Assembly (NCBI RefSeq): GCF_018350175.1
Contig: NC_058382.1
Span: forward strand, 49,168,001 to 49,232,000
Direction of reading: 5' to 3'
Source of the DNA: Felis catus
Taxonomy: Eukaryota
DNA length: 64,000 nucleotides
Part shown: positions 50,599 to 62,667 of the stretch, piece by piece
Layout: each line of letters starts with the position of its first letter
How positions within the stretch are numbered: position 1 is the first letter of the stretch
Notes under the pieces: model-generated
What the model was told of the DNA's origin: nothing
Databases searched by the model: none
Seen by the model: only the letters and a program-made list of their open reading frames with translations
Translations under genes and position numbers: made by a program

Positions 50599-51549
50599 CA
50601 TGACTGGGGGAGGGCAGAGAGGTAGACACAGAATCCAAAGCAGGCTCCAGGCTCTAAGCTGTCCACATAGAGCCTGACGTGGGGCTCTATGAACTCATGA
50701 ACCATGAGATCATGACCTGAGCTGAAGTCGGACGCTTAACCCACTGAGCCACCCAGGCACCCCTCAGTTAACTTTTTAGCTCCATTCCCCTGAGAACCTG
50801 ATAAGGGCAGATGGTCATCTATGTGCCCAAATATTGCTGATGATTAAAGCCCCCTGATTGGTAAATTGCTTATGAGCTAGGGGTTGGGAGGGTATGAGAA
50901 CTATAAATGAGGGATGCTGGGCTCTGTGGCCACTCTTATTACTGACACACCCTTTGTGGTGACACCTGAAGATATGCCCATGGAGTTGTTACAAGAGAAT
51001 ATTGACTCCTGTGTGTCACAAGGCTTCTAAGCCTGGATGGCCCCACACCCACCGGAGGGAAGCCTCTTTCGCTAGCACCTGGGGTGAGAGCAAAGAGAAT
51101 ATCTCCTGGATGACTGTGGGGACAGCTGCGGGGACTCCCACTGGAGAGAGGGATTTGATGCTATCCTCTGCCAAGCCATGTATCCTGCATGCCATTACTC
51201 TCAATGCCAAGTGTGGCTTATGGTAGTCTCATGAGTCTGAATGCCTAGTTGGATCTAGGAAAATCCTGCAGGGACACAGAAGTGGTGTCCAGGTATTTAA
51301 GTGGAAATGACTCTTAGCCTGTCCCTGCTAAGCAGGTGTGAGGGAAGATAGGCATCAGAACAGCAGGCAGGATTGAGCCTATCCTGTGGTGGGCACACGG
51401 AAAACTGTCCAGGCAGGTGTAGAGGTGAGCCCAGTGCTAAGGTTAAGGCAGAGAAACAAGCAAGCACAGCCTTTCCGGGAAACATGTGTCCCTTTCCCAG
51501 CATTAGTGACACAGGTCGAAATCAGAGTCACCCGGAAGACTGTGCTCAC

Positions 51550-51634
51550 CATCACTTTGTAGCAGTCTGTCACCAGGAAGCTCGAGCTCTTGATGTTTCC
51601 GTGGGGTTCTGCAGGTGCTTCCAAATGGTGCTGT
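51550..51634 (-). pseudogene. MLKL: MLKL pseudo-exon, pseudo-catalytic loop: QHHLEAPAEPHGNIKSSSFLVTDCYKVM
   Basis: similar to human [28 protein letters not shown]; CAG acceptor and GTGAGC donor intact, no stop. Confidence 0.9.
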
Positions 51635-51779
51635 CTGACACGACCAAAAGCATTATATACCCACATCAGTTGTTTGACGGCTATGGATGAAGGGCGAGGG
51701 GCCCTGGGACAGGGACGGGAGGCTATAAAACTTTTAGGCACTTTCAACTACCCATAAGTGCCAAGGGTCTTCATAATTT

Positions 51780-52300
51780 TACATATAGAAATTTTACATA
51801 TAGAAAACCCAAAGAATTCATAAAATTCTTTTTACTAGAGCTAATAAATGAATTCAGGGGTACCTGGGTGGCTCAGTTAGTTAAGCCTCCGACTTCCGCT
51901 CAGGTCACGATCTCCCAGTTCACTAGTTCAAGTCCCCTGTCAGGCTCTGTGCTGACATCTCAGAGACTGAATCCTGCTTCAGATTCGTTGTCTCCTGCTT
52001 TCTCTGCCCCTCCCCCACTCACGCTCTGTCTCTCTCTAAGAAATAAATAAGCATTAAAAAAAGTAAAATAAATGAATTCAGCAGAGTTGCATGATACAAG
52101 ACTAACACATGAAAGTCAGCTGTGTTTCTATAAATCAGTAATGAAAAAGACAAGAAGGAAATTAAGAAAACAATTCCATTTACAATAGCAGCCAAAAGAA
52201 TAAAATATTTGGGAGTAAATGTGAGCAAGTGGGTGAAAAGACATGTACGCTGAAAATGACAAAACAGTGCAGAAAAAAAAAAGAGCTCTAGGAATAAATA
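51780..52300 (+). mobile_element. L1 ORF2 fragment split by a SINE
   Basis: tatagaaaaccc...ctaataaatgaattcag (duplicated around the SINE)...aattccatttacaatagca. Confidence 0.8.
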
Positions 52301-52518
52301 TGTGGACCCCACTCCTCTCCATCCTGCCAATCTCTTGTAGGTGCCTCTATTTGCAGCCAATAAGCAAGTGAAGAAACTGACGCAGTTCACACACAGTATG
52401 GCGTGGAATGGGGGAAAGATGCAGAGTGAATCGGGAGAACAAATGGAAAATAACTAGCACATCTCGTAATTCTAATGTTTGATGTCTTTGTGAGTGTATT
52501 TCTGTTGCATATTGTTTC

Positions 52519-52645
52519 TTTTCTTTTTTAATATAATTTATTGTCAAGTTGGCTAACATACTCTTGGTTTTGGGGGTAGATTCCCATGCTTCATCACTTA
52601 CATACAACACCCAGTGCTCATCCCAAGTGCCCTCCTCAATGCCCA
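52519..52645 (-). mobile_element. Minimal L1 3'-end insertion with 18-bp target-site duplication
   Basis: tctgttgcatattgtttc at 52501-52518 and 52646-52663. Confidence 0.88.
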
Positions 52646-53199
52646 TCTGTTGCATATTGTTTCCATCAGCTTTTATTCATGGTGCCTTTTTTCCTTGTGC
52701 GTTTTGTTTTGTTTTTATTGTGAGTTATAGTCCTTGGAATTTTATCTGTGGGAATTTTAGGGGACCTTGATTTATGTTGCATTTCTCCACAGAAATTTAT
52801 AAGGGCTCCTGCTGAAAGCCCTGGGGTTTCACCAGTCGGGAATACTTTACATGAAATTTTTGACCTGGGGTGTTTCAGACCACCCAGTTTGCATAAATTC
52901 AGGCTTCAGACCTCCATCAGGGCTGTGCTTGTGGTTCTACATTCTCAAGAGAAACTTTCTCCTCTCCATGCAGGCAGTGCCCTGGGAAGGTAGGTTTATT
53001 TCTGGTTCACTCTTACACTGACAATACAGCCCTTTGGGTTCTGTGGCAGACATATATGGTGACCCTGTTCTCACCCTTCTGTCCACCTCTGGTCTTAACC
53101 TTAATTGTGGCAGAAGGTTCTGTCTGACCACTGTCTCAGCTTTGATTTTGGCCACAGTTACAAGCGGAAGCTCCCACTCAGCTTGTAGTAATTGTATCC

Positions 53200-53483
53200 C
53201 ATTTCAAGTACACACATCCATCTCTCTGCTTTTGCTCCAGGACCTTTGTCAAAGAATCTGGTTGGCTTACATGCCTGGACAACTTGTAAGTGAGGAGGGA
53301 GTAGACACCCGGGAAGAAATCCTCAACCAACAGGAAAGGAAGCTGGTCGATAAACGTTCCAGCCTCTTGTCCTTTAGGTGGACAATCCTGGCAGATACCC
53401 TGTCTGCTTCTCAAGATGACCCTGTAGAATCTGCATAAGAACCTCACACACTCATCCTTAAAATTAAAAAAAAAAATGTTTAC

Positions 53484-53535
<52 letters not shown>

Positions 53536-53832
53536 TAAGCAGGGGAGGGGCAGAGAGAGAGGGAGACACAGAATCCAAAGTGGGCTCCAGGCTCTGAGCT
53601 GTCAGCACAGAGCCCGATGTGGGGCTCAAACTCACAAATGGTGAGATCATGACCTGAGCCTAAGTCAGATGCTTAAGCAACTGAGCCACCCAGGCGCCCC
53701 TCACATACTCATCCTTATATGCTCTCCCCCACTTTCCCTTTCTAATCCTTCCCAATTCCTCACTCTATTTCCACAATCACCTCCCAAATTAACTACTATG
53801 TCCATGTTCTCGTTTTAGGGACCCTAAATGAA
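53200..53832 (+). mobile_element. Possible ancient ERVL LTR16-like solo LTR split by a SINE
   Basis: 3' end cacctcccaaattaactact...ttttagggaccctaaa resembles the LTR16 terminus as recalled. Confidence 0.4.
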
Positions 53833-55284
53833 AATCGGTTCCCCCCGCTTTATGCTTTTGCCAAAACAAGATCTCCTTCTCCTTCTCCTTCTTTCTCCTT
53901 CTTCTTCCTCTTTATCACTTCTTTTTTCCTGCTACAAGCTTATAAGGTATTGGGGATGGAGTGAAGATGAGAGTTCTGGCATTTTCCAAATTTCACATTC
54001 AACTTGCAGCATCCTTAGTAGGTACAAATTATTCATTGTGCTATTATCACCTCACTGTAAAGAAAGCTCCAGTCAAATCTCTACAGCCAGCATATCTTCA
54101 TAGAAAATTAGAACCAGAAACTCATCAACATAGTTCCAGGTTTCCCTCAAAAACATCAGATGAGACAAAACAGTAAGTCAAGAGAACACGTAAAGTGGAA
54201 AAGTGCTGGAATTTTACAACCAGTGACATCTGATTTGCAGTCACGAAGGCAGTCAGAAGGGGCAGAGCCCCATGCTGTCAGCAGAGGGCAGCAGAGGCCA
54301 GAGAACAGGTGGAGAAGCAAGACTCCAACAATGTAACCCGTCAGAGATTTGACAGAGACAAGACTAACATTTATTGAAGCCTGTTACAAGTTGGGCATTG
54401 TGCTGGGCACAATAAGAAATGGTACAAAGTTCAAAGACAGAGAACAGAAGCCAGAGCCAATGGAGGAAAAGAACGGAGTCCAGTTAAAAGGGCAGTTCTT
54501 CAGGTCAGCCAAGAAACGCCCAAAGACAGCCTATCTAGAAGTACAAGCACAGCGCCAGAAATAAATAGAATGGCTAGGGCCTGTCCTCTGCCAGGGCAGC
54601 TGGCTTGTTGGTACAGAATCAGATAGGGTAAATTGCTCGGATCACTGAATCATTCAGCCTGGATATTTACACCAATCAGAATTTCAATGGCCCTTTGCCT
54701 GAGCAAACATTCAACTTTCTTGATGGTTTTGTGTCTGCTCCCACTACAGAAATAAATATAATCACGTGCCATGAGTTCCAGGCTTTCCCATCATGCTATC
54801 TGTGTTGGCATTTTGATAATGCCCCTGCTTGCTTTAGATCTGATCTTTGGCTCATGTCTCTTGCACATGATAATAAATTCCCTGACTTTACTAGACGGTC
54901 GCTGAGCAAGGAATGCACCATGAGTACCAATTTGCTTGAGGTTAAGAGCCTCATAGCACTTATATTCTTTTCTGTACAGTGAGACTTACTGTCTTTCAAA
55001 GGCTCTGTGGAAATTCCTAACCCCCTGGAAAGTTCTAGTGGGCACAGGAAGCTCTGGGGGAATCTGTCCAATGTTCACCAAGAAGACTTTCTCATTAATA
55101 GGTTGGCTTGGTTTTACTATTTTTTCCCCTAAATCTTATTATCATGCTATAAACTTACTTGGATTTCAGTGTTTCTTATGAGTTTTGTTTCAATCTTTTT
55201 AAATAAGTTTTTTCCAGTGCTTTTTTTTTTTTTTTTTTTTTTGCTCAAACTTGTTCATCTTAGACTTTTCTCTGATGGACTTAC

Positions 55285-55600
55285 ATATTTACACCCAAGC
55301 AATCTCTTCCTCTGTGCTTCCTTCTTGTTTCTTCCTGTTCCTTGGGTGCGATGCTCTGCTGTCAGATTTCCAGCAACATCGAGGAAACACAGGTTGTGAT
55401 TTCTGCCGCTTGGATGGGCCGGATTGCAGGAGCTTGTGGGATGGGTGGCTCAGACAGGTCACACCTGTCTTCAGGCTGGGAGCCACATGGACAAAGTCAC
55501 CGCGTGGCTGCTGGAGCAGGGAGAGGCAGCAGGGGCGGGGGCTCTCGCCTCGTCGCCAGAGTCTCACCAACGTTAGCTTTCTATCCGCTTCCCCATCTTT
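55285..55600 (-). pseudogene. MLKL: Probable MLKL non-coding exon 1 and proximal promoter remnant
   Basis: unique, mildly CpG-rich segment just downstream of the FA2H 3' end, with consensus donor AT|GTAAGT at 55285/55284 and a GC box (GGGGCGGGG ~55532); syntenic position. 5' end uncertain. Confidence 0.5.
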
Positions 55601-56340
55601 AGGCAGGCGAATTCACAGCCCACCTCCGCCGGACCGATTGAATTAGACACTGAGGGTGGAGGACTTGGATCTGTACTTCGACAGGTTCCCCAGGTGGGAA
55701 CTGACGTGGCTGAGAAGGCATCCCAGGAAACTAGGTTACATCTAGACCGAACTGGCCTGAAATTCTAGTTCCCACTGTGGGCATTTGTTGTTACAGCCTT
55801 TCCCCCTTCATTTTAGGAAAGTCGACTGGAACCTCATTTGGGATCTGATAAATTCCAGAAGAAACACTTCCCCAGTGGTGCATCAAGGCGGCTGGTAAGA
55901 ATGCCGACCCTCCAGCTCCAGCCCATGTCCCGGCAGTGAGGGGAGATGTGGTCTGCGGAGAATTTTAAGACAGTAATAAGACCGAATAAGAGGATAAGAG
56001 TTGGCAAGCTTTGCAGCATGGAGCCTGCTTGGGATTCTCTCTCTCCCTCTTTCTCTGCCCTTCCCCTGCGCCTGCCTGCTCTCTCAAAATAAGTAGAATA
56101 AACTTGAAAAAAGAAAGAGTCGGCAAGCTTTTTATCATCACTATGCTCCAGCAAGTCCACACAGCCTGGTCAGTAGTAACATAAACACCCCTCCCTGCTG
56201 GACCAACTGCCTTCTTCCCCTCCCCCCCCCCCCCCGTCACCCCTCCCCCACTCCCCCCCCCCCCCCCCCCCGCCATGAAGTTTGGTGAGGCCCCAGTCAA
56301 CAAGTGCCAACAAACTTTTGTTGATTTCTTTTTCAAGGTT

Positions 56341-56405
56341 TTTATTTTTCAAAATATACAATTTATTTACACCTTTATGTCACAACTGTAGTTTGTATAT
56401 TTATT
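56341..56405 (-). terminator. FA2H: FA2H polyadenylation signals (three AATAAA)
   Basis: tttatt at 56341, 56362 and 56400 in an AT-rich segment ~1.4 kb after the FA2H stop. Confidence 0.7.
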
Positions 56406-57752
56406 CCAAAATCTTTAAATAACTCCACAGTAAACAGTACAAATCACAGGATCCGTCAAGCTGCTTCTCTGTAGCCTTTACACTCTTAGAGATTCTAAAA
56501 TGTTTCAAGTAGTAACGGTTTCTGGGTGAGAAGAGAACAAAAACGGGACAAAATGTCTTACATAAGCCTGATGTGTGGGATTAGATATGGCGATCTGAGC
56601 AGCTACTCGGTCGGGGGCCAGACTAAGGGCATTGATATAGTTGATAAATAAGACCCTCTCATGAGCAGTGAGGGTTTTGGTTACGAGGCGGGGGTGGGAA
56701 CCTCATCTGCTGGGGGAGGTGCAGGGAAGCAGCTGGGGAGGGGGTAAGGCACCGCATGAAGGCTCCTTCTCGGCGTGAGGAGGTGCTGGCTGGAAGGGTC
56801 CTGAGTGGGGCGGCGGAGGCCCACCGGTGCCAGGCGGAGGTCAAGAATGGCCAGAGACGGGGTGGGGCTCCTGCCCACCGAGAGGCCCCGGTCGCCTCCC
56901 CCGGGGAAAAGCTGTGTGATTCTGAAGGCAGGTGGGGAGGTGGCTAGAGGAGCTGGCGGTTCCTCAAGAAAGGGGCCCGGGGTCCCGCCAGCTAGGAGGC
57001 CATGCCAGAGGCCCCCCGCCCCTCTGCACAGGCCGGTAAGGGCCGGGCGTGTGGCTGGGGCACGTGTGGCAGCCTGAGGCATCCGGCGGTGCAGCTGGCA
57101 TTTGTGATCGGGGGCAGGGGACAAAGGCACTGCTCCGGGTCTGGAGGTGGCCCATGGGAGGCATCATGTTGTCTCTCTCTTTGTGAGAGCCCTTCATCCA
57201 CCTCAGTGCTCTCCTCTCATCAGGAGAACAGCCAGAGCCACCAAACCCTCCCCGGGAAGGGAGGAAGAGGAAGACGAGGACCCCTGGCCCCGTAGACTCA
57301 CTTTGCTGTTAACACCGGCAGCTCCACCACTGGGCGGTGGGGGGGGTTCTCCCAGGTGGCCCAAGGTGCTGAGACACAGGTGGGTCACAGGCCTGGCCCC
57401 AGGGGTCAGTTTCCTTCATTCCCCTTGGGAAATTCCCCATTGGCCAGGTCCTGAAGCCATCCTGTGGGCAGGGAAGCTAATGGAGAGGCCAGGACGCTCT
57501 AGAAAAGAGATAGACCCTGAGAGCCACCTGGGCGCCTCGTGGACATGACCCTCCAGTGGGGGGTCAGGAGGGCAGTCTCAGGGTCTGTCTCAGTCTTCCG
57601 GGTCTCTCCAGCATGCCCCCACCAAGCCCAAAGGCCCGACAAAGCCTGTCCCGCCTGGCCAAGCGAACCTTCTTTGCAGGGTCTGGATGGGGGGTGGGGG
57701 TGAGGCAGGGGCCACGGCTGGGCTGAGGGCAGGACGGTGGGGCTGGGAGTTG

Positions 57753-57832
57753 TCACTGCATCTTCAGGTGGGGCTCTTCCGGCATAAGGGTGTGGAAGAA
57801 ATGATCCCACAATTTAGTGCTGATGCCAAATC
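57753..57832 (-). CDS. FA2H: FA2H last exon (GFGISTKLWDHFFHTLMPEEPHLKMQ*)
   Basis: ttctctag acceptor, 80 nt, phase 1, TGA at 57755-57753. Confidence 0.95.
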
Positions 57833-58299
57833 CTAGAGAAGGAGAGAAATGGGGAGAAGATGAGGGACCGGTGAAGGCGTGGGAGAAATTTCCTCGGGAA
57901 GGGAGCCTGGGGAGGGCTAGCACGCAGGCAGGGTTTGAACATCTGTCCCCGCTGGCCTTCCCATCTCTCAGGGCCCTCCTGGCAGAGGTTGAGAGCAGAG
58001 TACTTGTGTTTGTAGTCTCCCAAGGATGCCACTGGAATAAACCCAAGTTCCTTATCCAGCCTGTGTTTGGTGGGAGAGCCTGGCCCTTGCCTGAGTCTCT
58101 TCCCCTCTGTCTCACACTTCAGCTTCTTCCTTCTCTTTGGAGATGTCAAGTTCATTCCTGCTGCAGAGGCTGGAACAGAGGCTTTGCACCTGTTGCTTCT
58201 GGGATGTTCTTTCCCCAGACATTGGATGCTGGCTTCTCTTAGCTTAGGCCTCAGCTGTAAAGACACTTCTGCAATGATATGTTCCTAGACCACTTTACC

Positions 58300-60110
58300 T
58301 AGTGCTGTTTCATCCAATGCGGTAGCCACTGACCTGTGTGGCTGCTGAGCCCCGAGAATGTGGCTGGAGCTACGGAGGCACTCGATTCCTAATTTCATTT
58401 CATTTCATTTCATTTTTTTTTTTCTAATGCTAATTTATTTTTGAGGGAGATAGAGACAGAGACAGAGCGTGAGTGGTGGAGGGGCAGAGAGAGAGGGAGA
58501 CACAGAATCCGAAGCAGGCTCCAGGCTCTGAACTGTTAGCACAGAGCCCGATATGAGGCTGGAACTCGTGAACCACAAGATCATGACCTGAGCCAAAGTT
58601 GGAGGCTTAACCTACTGAGCCACCCAGGTGCGCCCCCCCCCCACCGTTGTAAGTTTTAATTTCATTTTATTTAAAAAATTTTTTTTAAATGTTTATTTAT
58701 TTTTGACACAGATAGAGACAGAGCATGAGCAGGGGAGGGGCAGAGAGAGAGGGAGACACAGAATCCGAAGCAGGCTCCAGGCTCTGAACTGTCAGCACAG
58801 AGTCCGACATGGGGCTCGAACTCACAGACCACGAGATCATGATCTGAGCCGAAGTCGGACACCCAACAGACTGAGCCACCCAGGTGCCCCAATTTCATTT
58901 TATTTTAAATAACTTTAATTCCAATTTAAAATTTTATAGTTGACTGAGTTACTGGAAAACTTTTTTAAATTAATTAATTTATTTTTTACGTTTATTTATT
59001 TATTTTGAAGGGGGGGCAGAGAGAGAATCCCAAGCAGGTTCCCTGCTGTCAGCAAAGAGCCCCACACAGGGCTTGATCTCCTGAACTGTGAGATCATGAC
59101 CTGAATTGAAATTAAGAGTCAGAAACTTAACCAACTGAGCCACCCAGGCACCCCTATTTATTTATTTTGAGAGGGAGACAGAGTGAGCGAGCAAGAATCC
59201 CAAGCAGGCTTTGCACTGTCAGCATGAAGCCTGACTCGGGGCTCAAACTCACAAACTGTGGGATCATGACCTGAGCCGAAATCAAGAGTCATGAGTTGAG
59301 TGATTATTCAACCAACTGAGCCACCCAGGCACCCCGATCTACTGAAAAACTTTTAGGCATGTTTAGGACAACTCACCTAATGTGAATTCACTTTTTTAAA
59401 TAGTCAATTTTATAAACTCTAAATACAGATCAAGTATTTCTAATAAGGGGCGCCTGGGTGACTCAGTCGATTAAGCGTCTGACTTCGGCTCAGGTCATGA
59501 TCTTGTGGTTTGTGAGTTCGAGCCCCGCATTAGGCTCTGTGCTGACAGCTTGGAGCCTGGAGCCTGCTTCGGATTCTGTGTCTCCCTCTCTCTCTGCCCC
59601 TCCCCTGCTCATGCTCTATGTCTCTCTCAAAAATAAATAAGCATTAAAAATTTTTTTAAAGCATTTCTAATGAAAACTTAGCACTTGAATTGAGATGTGC
59701 CGTAAGTGCAAAGTACACACTAGATGTTGTGAAGATGTAACATAAGAAAAATAATGTAAAATATCTCATTAGCGATTTTTTATATTGGTTACAGGCGGAA
59801 ATGGTAATATTTTGGTTGTATTTGGCTTAATAAAATATATTGGTTTTTTTACTTTTTTTAATGTTAATTTTTTTTTGAGAGAGAGAGACGGAGTGCAAGC
59901 AGGGGAGGGGCAGAGAGAGAGGGAGACACAGAATCCAAAGTAGGCTCCAGGTTCCAACCTGTCAACACAGAGCCTGACATGGGGCTTGAACCCATGAACC
60001 AGAAGATCATGACCTGAGCTGAAGTCAGATGTCCAACTGACTAAGCCACCCAGCGCCCCTTAATAAAATATATAATAAAAATTTTTTAAAAAATGTTTTT
60101 ATTTATATTT

Positions 60111-60148
<38 letters not shown>

Positions 60149-60405
60149 AAGCTTGAATGGGGGAGGGGCAGAGAGACAGAGACAGAATCTGAAGCATGCC
60201 CAGGCTCCAAGCTGTTAGCACAGAGCCTGATGCAGGGCTGGAACCCATGAGCCGACGTCAGGCGCTTAACCCACTGAGCCACCCAGGCACCTGTAAAATA
60301 TATTATTAAAACTAACTATATCTGTTTAATTTTGCTTGTTAACGTGGCTACTAGAAAATTTGAAATCACATCTGTGACTCGCGTTGTTTTTATGACACAG
60401 AGCCG
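58300..60405. mobile_element. MER33/Charlie5-like hAT element fragmented by seven CanSINEs (FA2H last intron)
   Basis: gtgctg..tccaatgcggtagccact at the left end, gtggctactagaaaatttgaaatcaca at the right, gaattgagatgtgccgtaagtg internal. Confidence 0.7.
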
Positions 60406-60627
60406 GACCCTCCCCGACAGCTCGTGGTTTCTTTTCTTTGAGGCCCTCATCACTGTCTAAGGTTATCTTTGCTGTTTGTCTCCCGGTGGGTACGGTGGGA
60501 GCCCCCGGCTTGCCTTCCTGTGTATCCCCAGCACCCAGAACAGTACCCGACCCTTGGTAGGGGCTCACTGGTGGCTGTAAAATAAATACGAGAACGAATG
60601 AGGGAGGCTGGGAGTGGGCGGCCTCAC

Positions 60628-60880
60628 CTGACTGCTGATGTGCAAAGTGATGCTTGACGTGGTGAGCCTTCATGTTGTACAGGTAGGAGCCCTTGTGCGG
60701 CGAGCCGAAGTGCAGGTAGTAATGTGTCATGTCGTAGAGGATGTACCCCAGGAGGCCCCCAGTGAACACAGTGCCCCCCACCGCCTCCGGCAGGAGGAGC
60801 TGTAGCAACGCGTAGAAGAAGGCAATGCCCAGAGAAGCCGGCACCGGGGGAAAGACCAGGCGGGACTCATCGAAGGGTGC
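60628..60880 (-). CDS. FA2H: FA2H penultimate exon ([12 protein letters not shown]...[11 protein letters not shown]...[14 protein letters not shown])
   Basis: AG/GTGAGG flanks, 253 nt; histidine boxes of fatty acid 2-hydroxylase. Confidence 0.97.
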
Positions 60881-62189
60881 CTGCGGAGGGAGAGGCTCAC
60901 GCGTCAGCAGACGGCCGGGCGGGCGGCCTGCCTGTGGTCCCAGCACCGCAGAGGACAGGGGCAGAGCCGCCCGCGCGTTCCAGTGAGGCGGCAGCAACCT
61001 GTCACGGGTGGGCTTGGCACCTTCGGTGGCTTTGGGGAGGGCAGGCCACCATGCTTGAAGGCCCTTGAGAGACTGTCCCGCTCCCAATTTCCAAGCCAGG
61101 ACGGGCCCTGGAGACCTGTCCAAGAACAGGGCGGCGGACGTGATGTGGGCGGCCGGCGGGCTCCCAGCCCAGGAGGCCACGTTGGCCCTGGAACTTGTTA
61201 GGTGCTAGAGAGGAGCCTCACCGCCAGATACCATGCGGGGTACCCGGACGGAGGCCTGATGTTGTCTGGGGGGCCAGCGCACCAGCAAGAGGAGGTTAAC
61301 GCAGGCTCACAGGGTAGACCGGTACCAGAAGTGTGAGCGGATGCGGTCTCCCTGTCCCCACCTCCTAGGGGGCGTTCCAAGGGGGTGTGGTCACAGTGAA
61401 GCAGCTAAGAGAGCCGAGCCTTAGACTCCAGCTTCAACAGCCAAGGGCCTGGCATAGAGGTAAGGTTTTAGAGACTGCTTGGTGAGTGTTCTGAGAAGGG
61501 ACAGACCCTCTCTGGGCTGGAGGAGAAGAGAGAGAGAAAGCAGGTAATAGCCACAGAGCAATGCGCGGGTGTGGGCCTCCCCCCCCCCCCCCCCCCCCCA
61601 TCCCAGGACCAGCTCCTGGAAGAAAAAGGCAGGAAGGGAGGGAAGCGGGGAGGGAGAAAAGAAGAAAGACAGTTGAGAGCACAGACTCTGGGGTTCACAG
61701 AATGGGGCCCAACATCCTGGCTGTGCCAGGTGTGACTTTGGACAAGTTCCTCAGTTTCTTAATTTCTCTAAGCCTCAGTTTGCGGCTCTGCGGAATGGGG
61801 AGAACTGTAGCACCATCCTCAGAAGGAAGCTCCACCAGGACAGTGAGTTTTTAGTTTTGTTCTGCTGTGTCTAGAACAGTGCCCGCAGGTAGTGAGCGCT
61901 CAGTGAACGTCTGTCGAATGAACGAACGAACGAATGAATGAGATGCTGTGAGGATTAAAGATGACGGCTGAAATGTACCTGCAGCGTGCCTGGTGTCAAT
62001 AATGAATGGTGTGCAGACACGCATGCTCACTCCGTCCACGCCCGCTTCCAGTTACGACCCAGTCACCCCTCTGAGCAGCAGCAAATGCCCTGATGGCCAC
62101 TTGTTCCCGGCCTGACTCCCAGAAAGATCAGCAGCTCCCCCGAGCGGGTCACGGTTGCCAGGCCCCGGGCAGGAGCCTGCCCTGCTCAC

Positions 62190-62362
62190 CTTGTGGTGCT
62201 GGCCATGCAGGACGAAGTGCAGCAGGATAAGGTAATAGCTGTCCCCGGGGGGCTTCATGTGGAACAGGAAGCGGTGGATGAGGTACTCCGTGAGGCTCCA
62301 GAGGAGCAGCCCCAGCACGAAGAGGCCCGGGAACACGGACTTAGGCATGGCCACCGAGTACT
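62190..62362 (-). CDS. FA2H: FA2H exon 5 ([18 protein letters not shown]...[10 protein letters not shown]...LHGQHHK); upstream exons lie beyond the window
   Basis: ctgcag/gtgagc flanks, 173 nt, phase 1 to 0; HxxxH and HxxHH boxes. Confidence 0.97.
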
Positions 62363-62667
62363 CTGCAGAATGGCCAGACAGAGGCAAAGTCAGGGCAGAC
62401 AGCCCCAGTGGGCGCTAAGGCCTGGTGGCTCCAGACACGCCATCTCACGGCCCCGTCACCTTGGGGGCTGCTGCTCTCCATCCAGCAGCTCTGGGGCCGG
62501 GCCACACTGATGGGACTCTTGGGTCAAAATGGGAAGGAGGCCGTGAGGGGCTGCGGCGCTCAGAGGGGTCCTCCCTGGGAACAATGGGGCTGCTGGCCAG
62601 AGGTCTGGGATCTTCCTTAGGGGGACTGAGGGGAGCAGCTGTTGCCAGTGCTGGAAATTTCTCTGGT

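Noticed and set aside
50780..51280. Possible old LTR fragment in a former MLKL intron
   Set aside because: Resemblance too vague to assign without RepeatMasker
47812..51634. A functional kinase gene or a processed kinase pseudogene
   Set aside because: Multiple stops and dead splice sites exclude function; retained introns and synteny exclude a retrocopy
56650..57750. Many overlapping Pro/Gly/Arg-rich ORFs
   Set aside because: GC-rich FA2H 3'UTR; no recognisable domain or coding signal
60326..61180. 284-aa ORF
   Set aside because: An FA2H exon extended by GC-rich intron lacking stops
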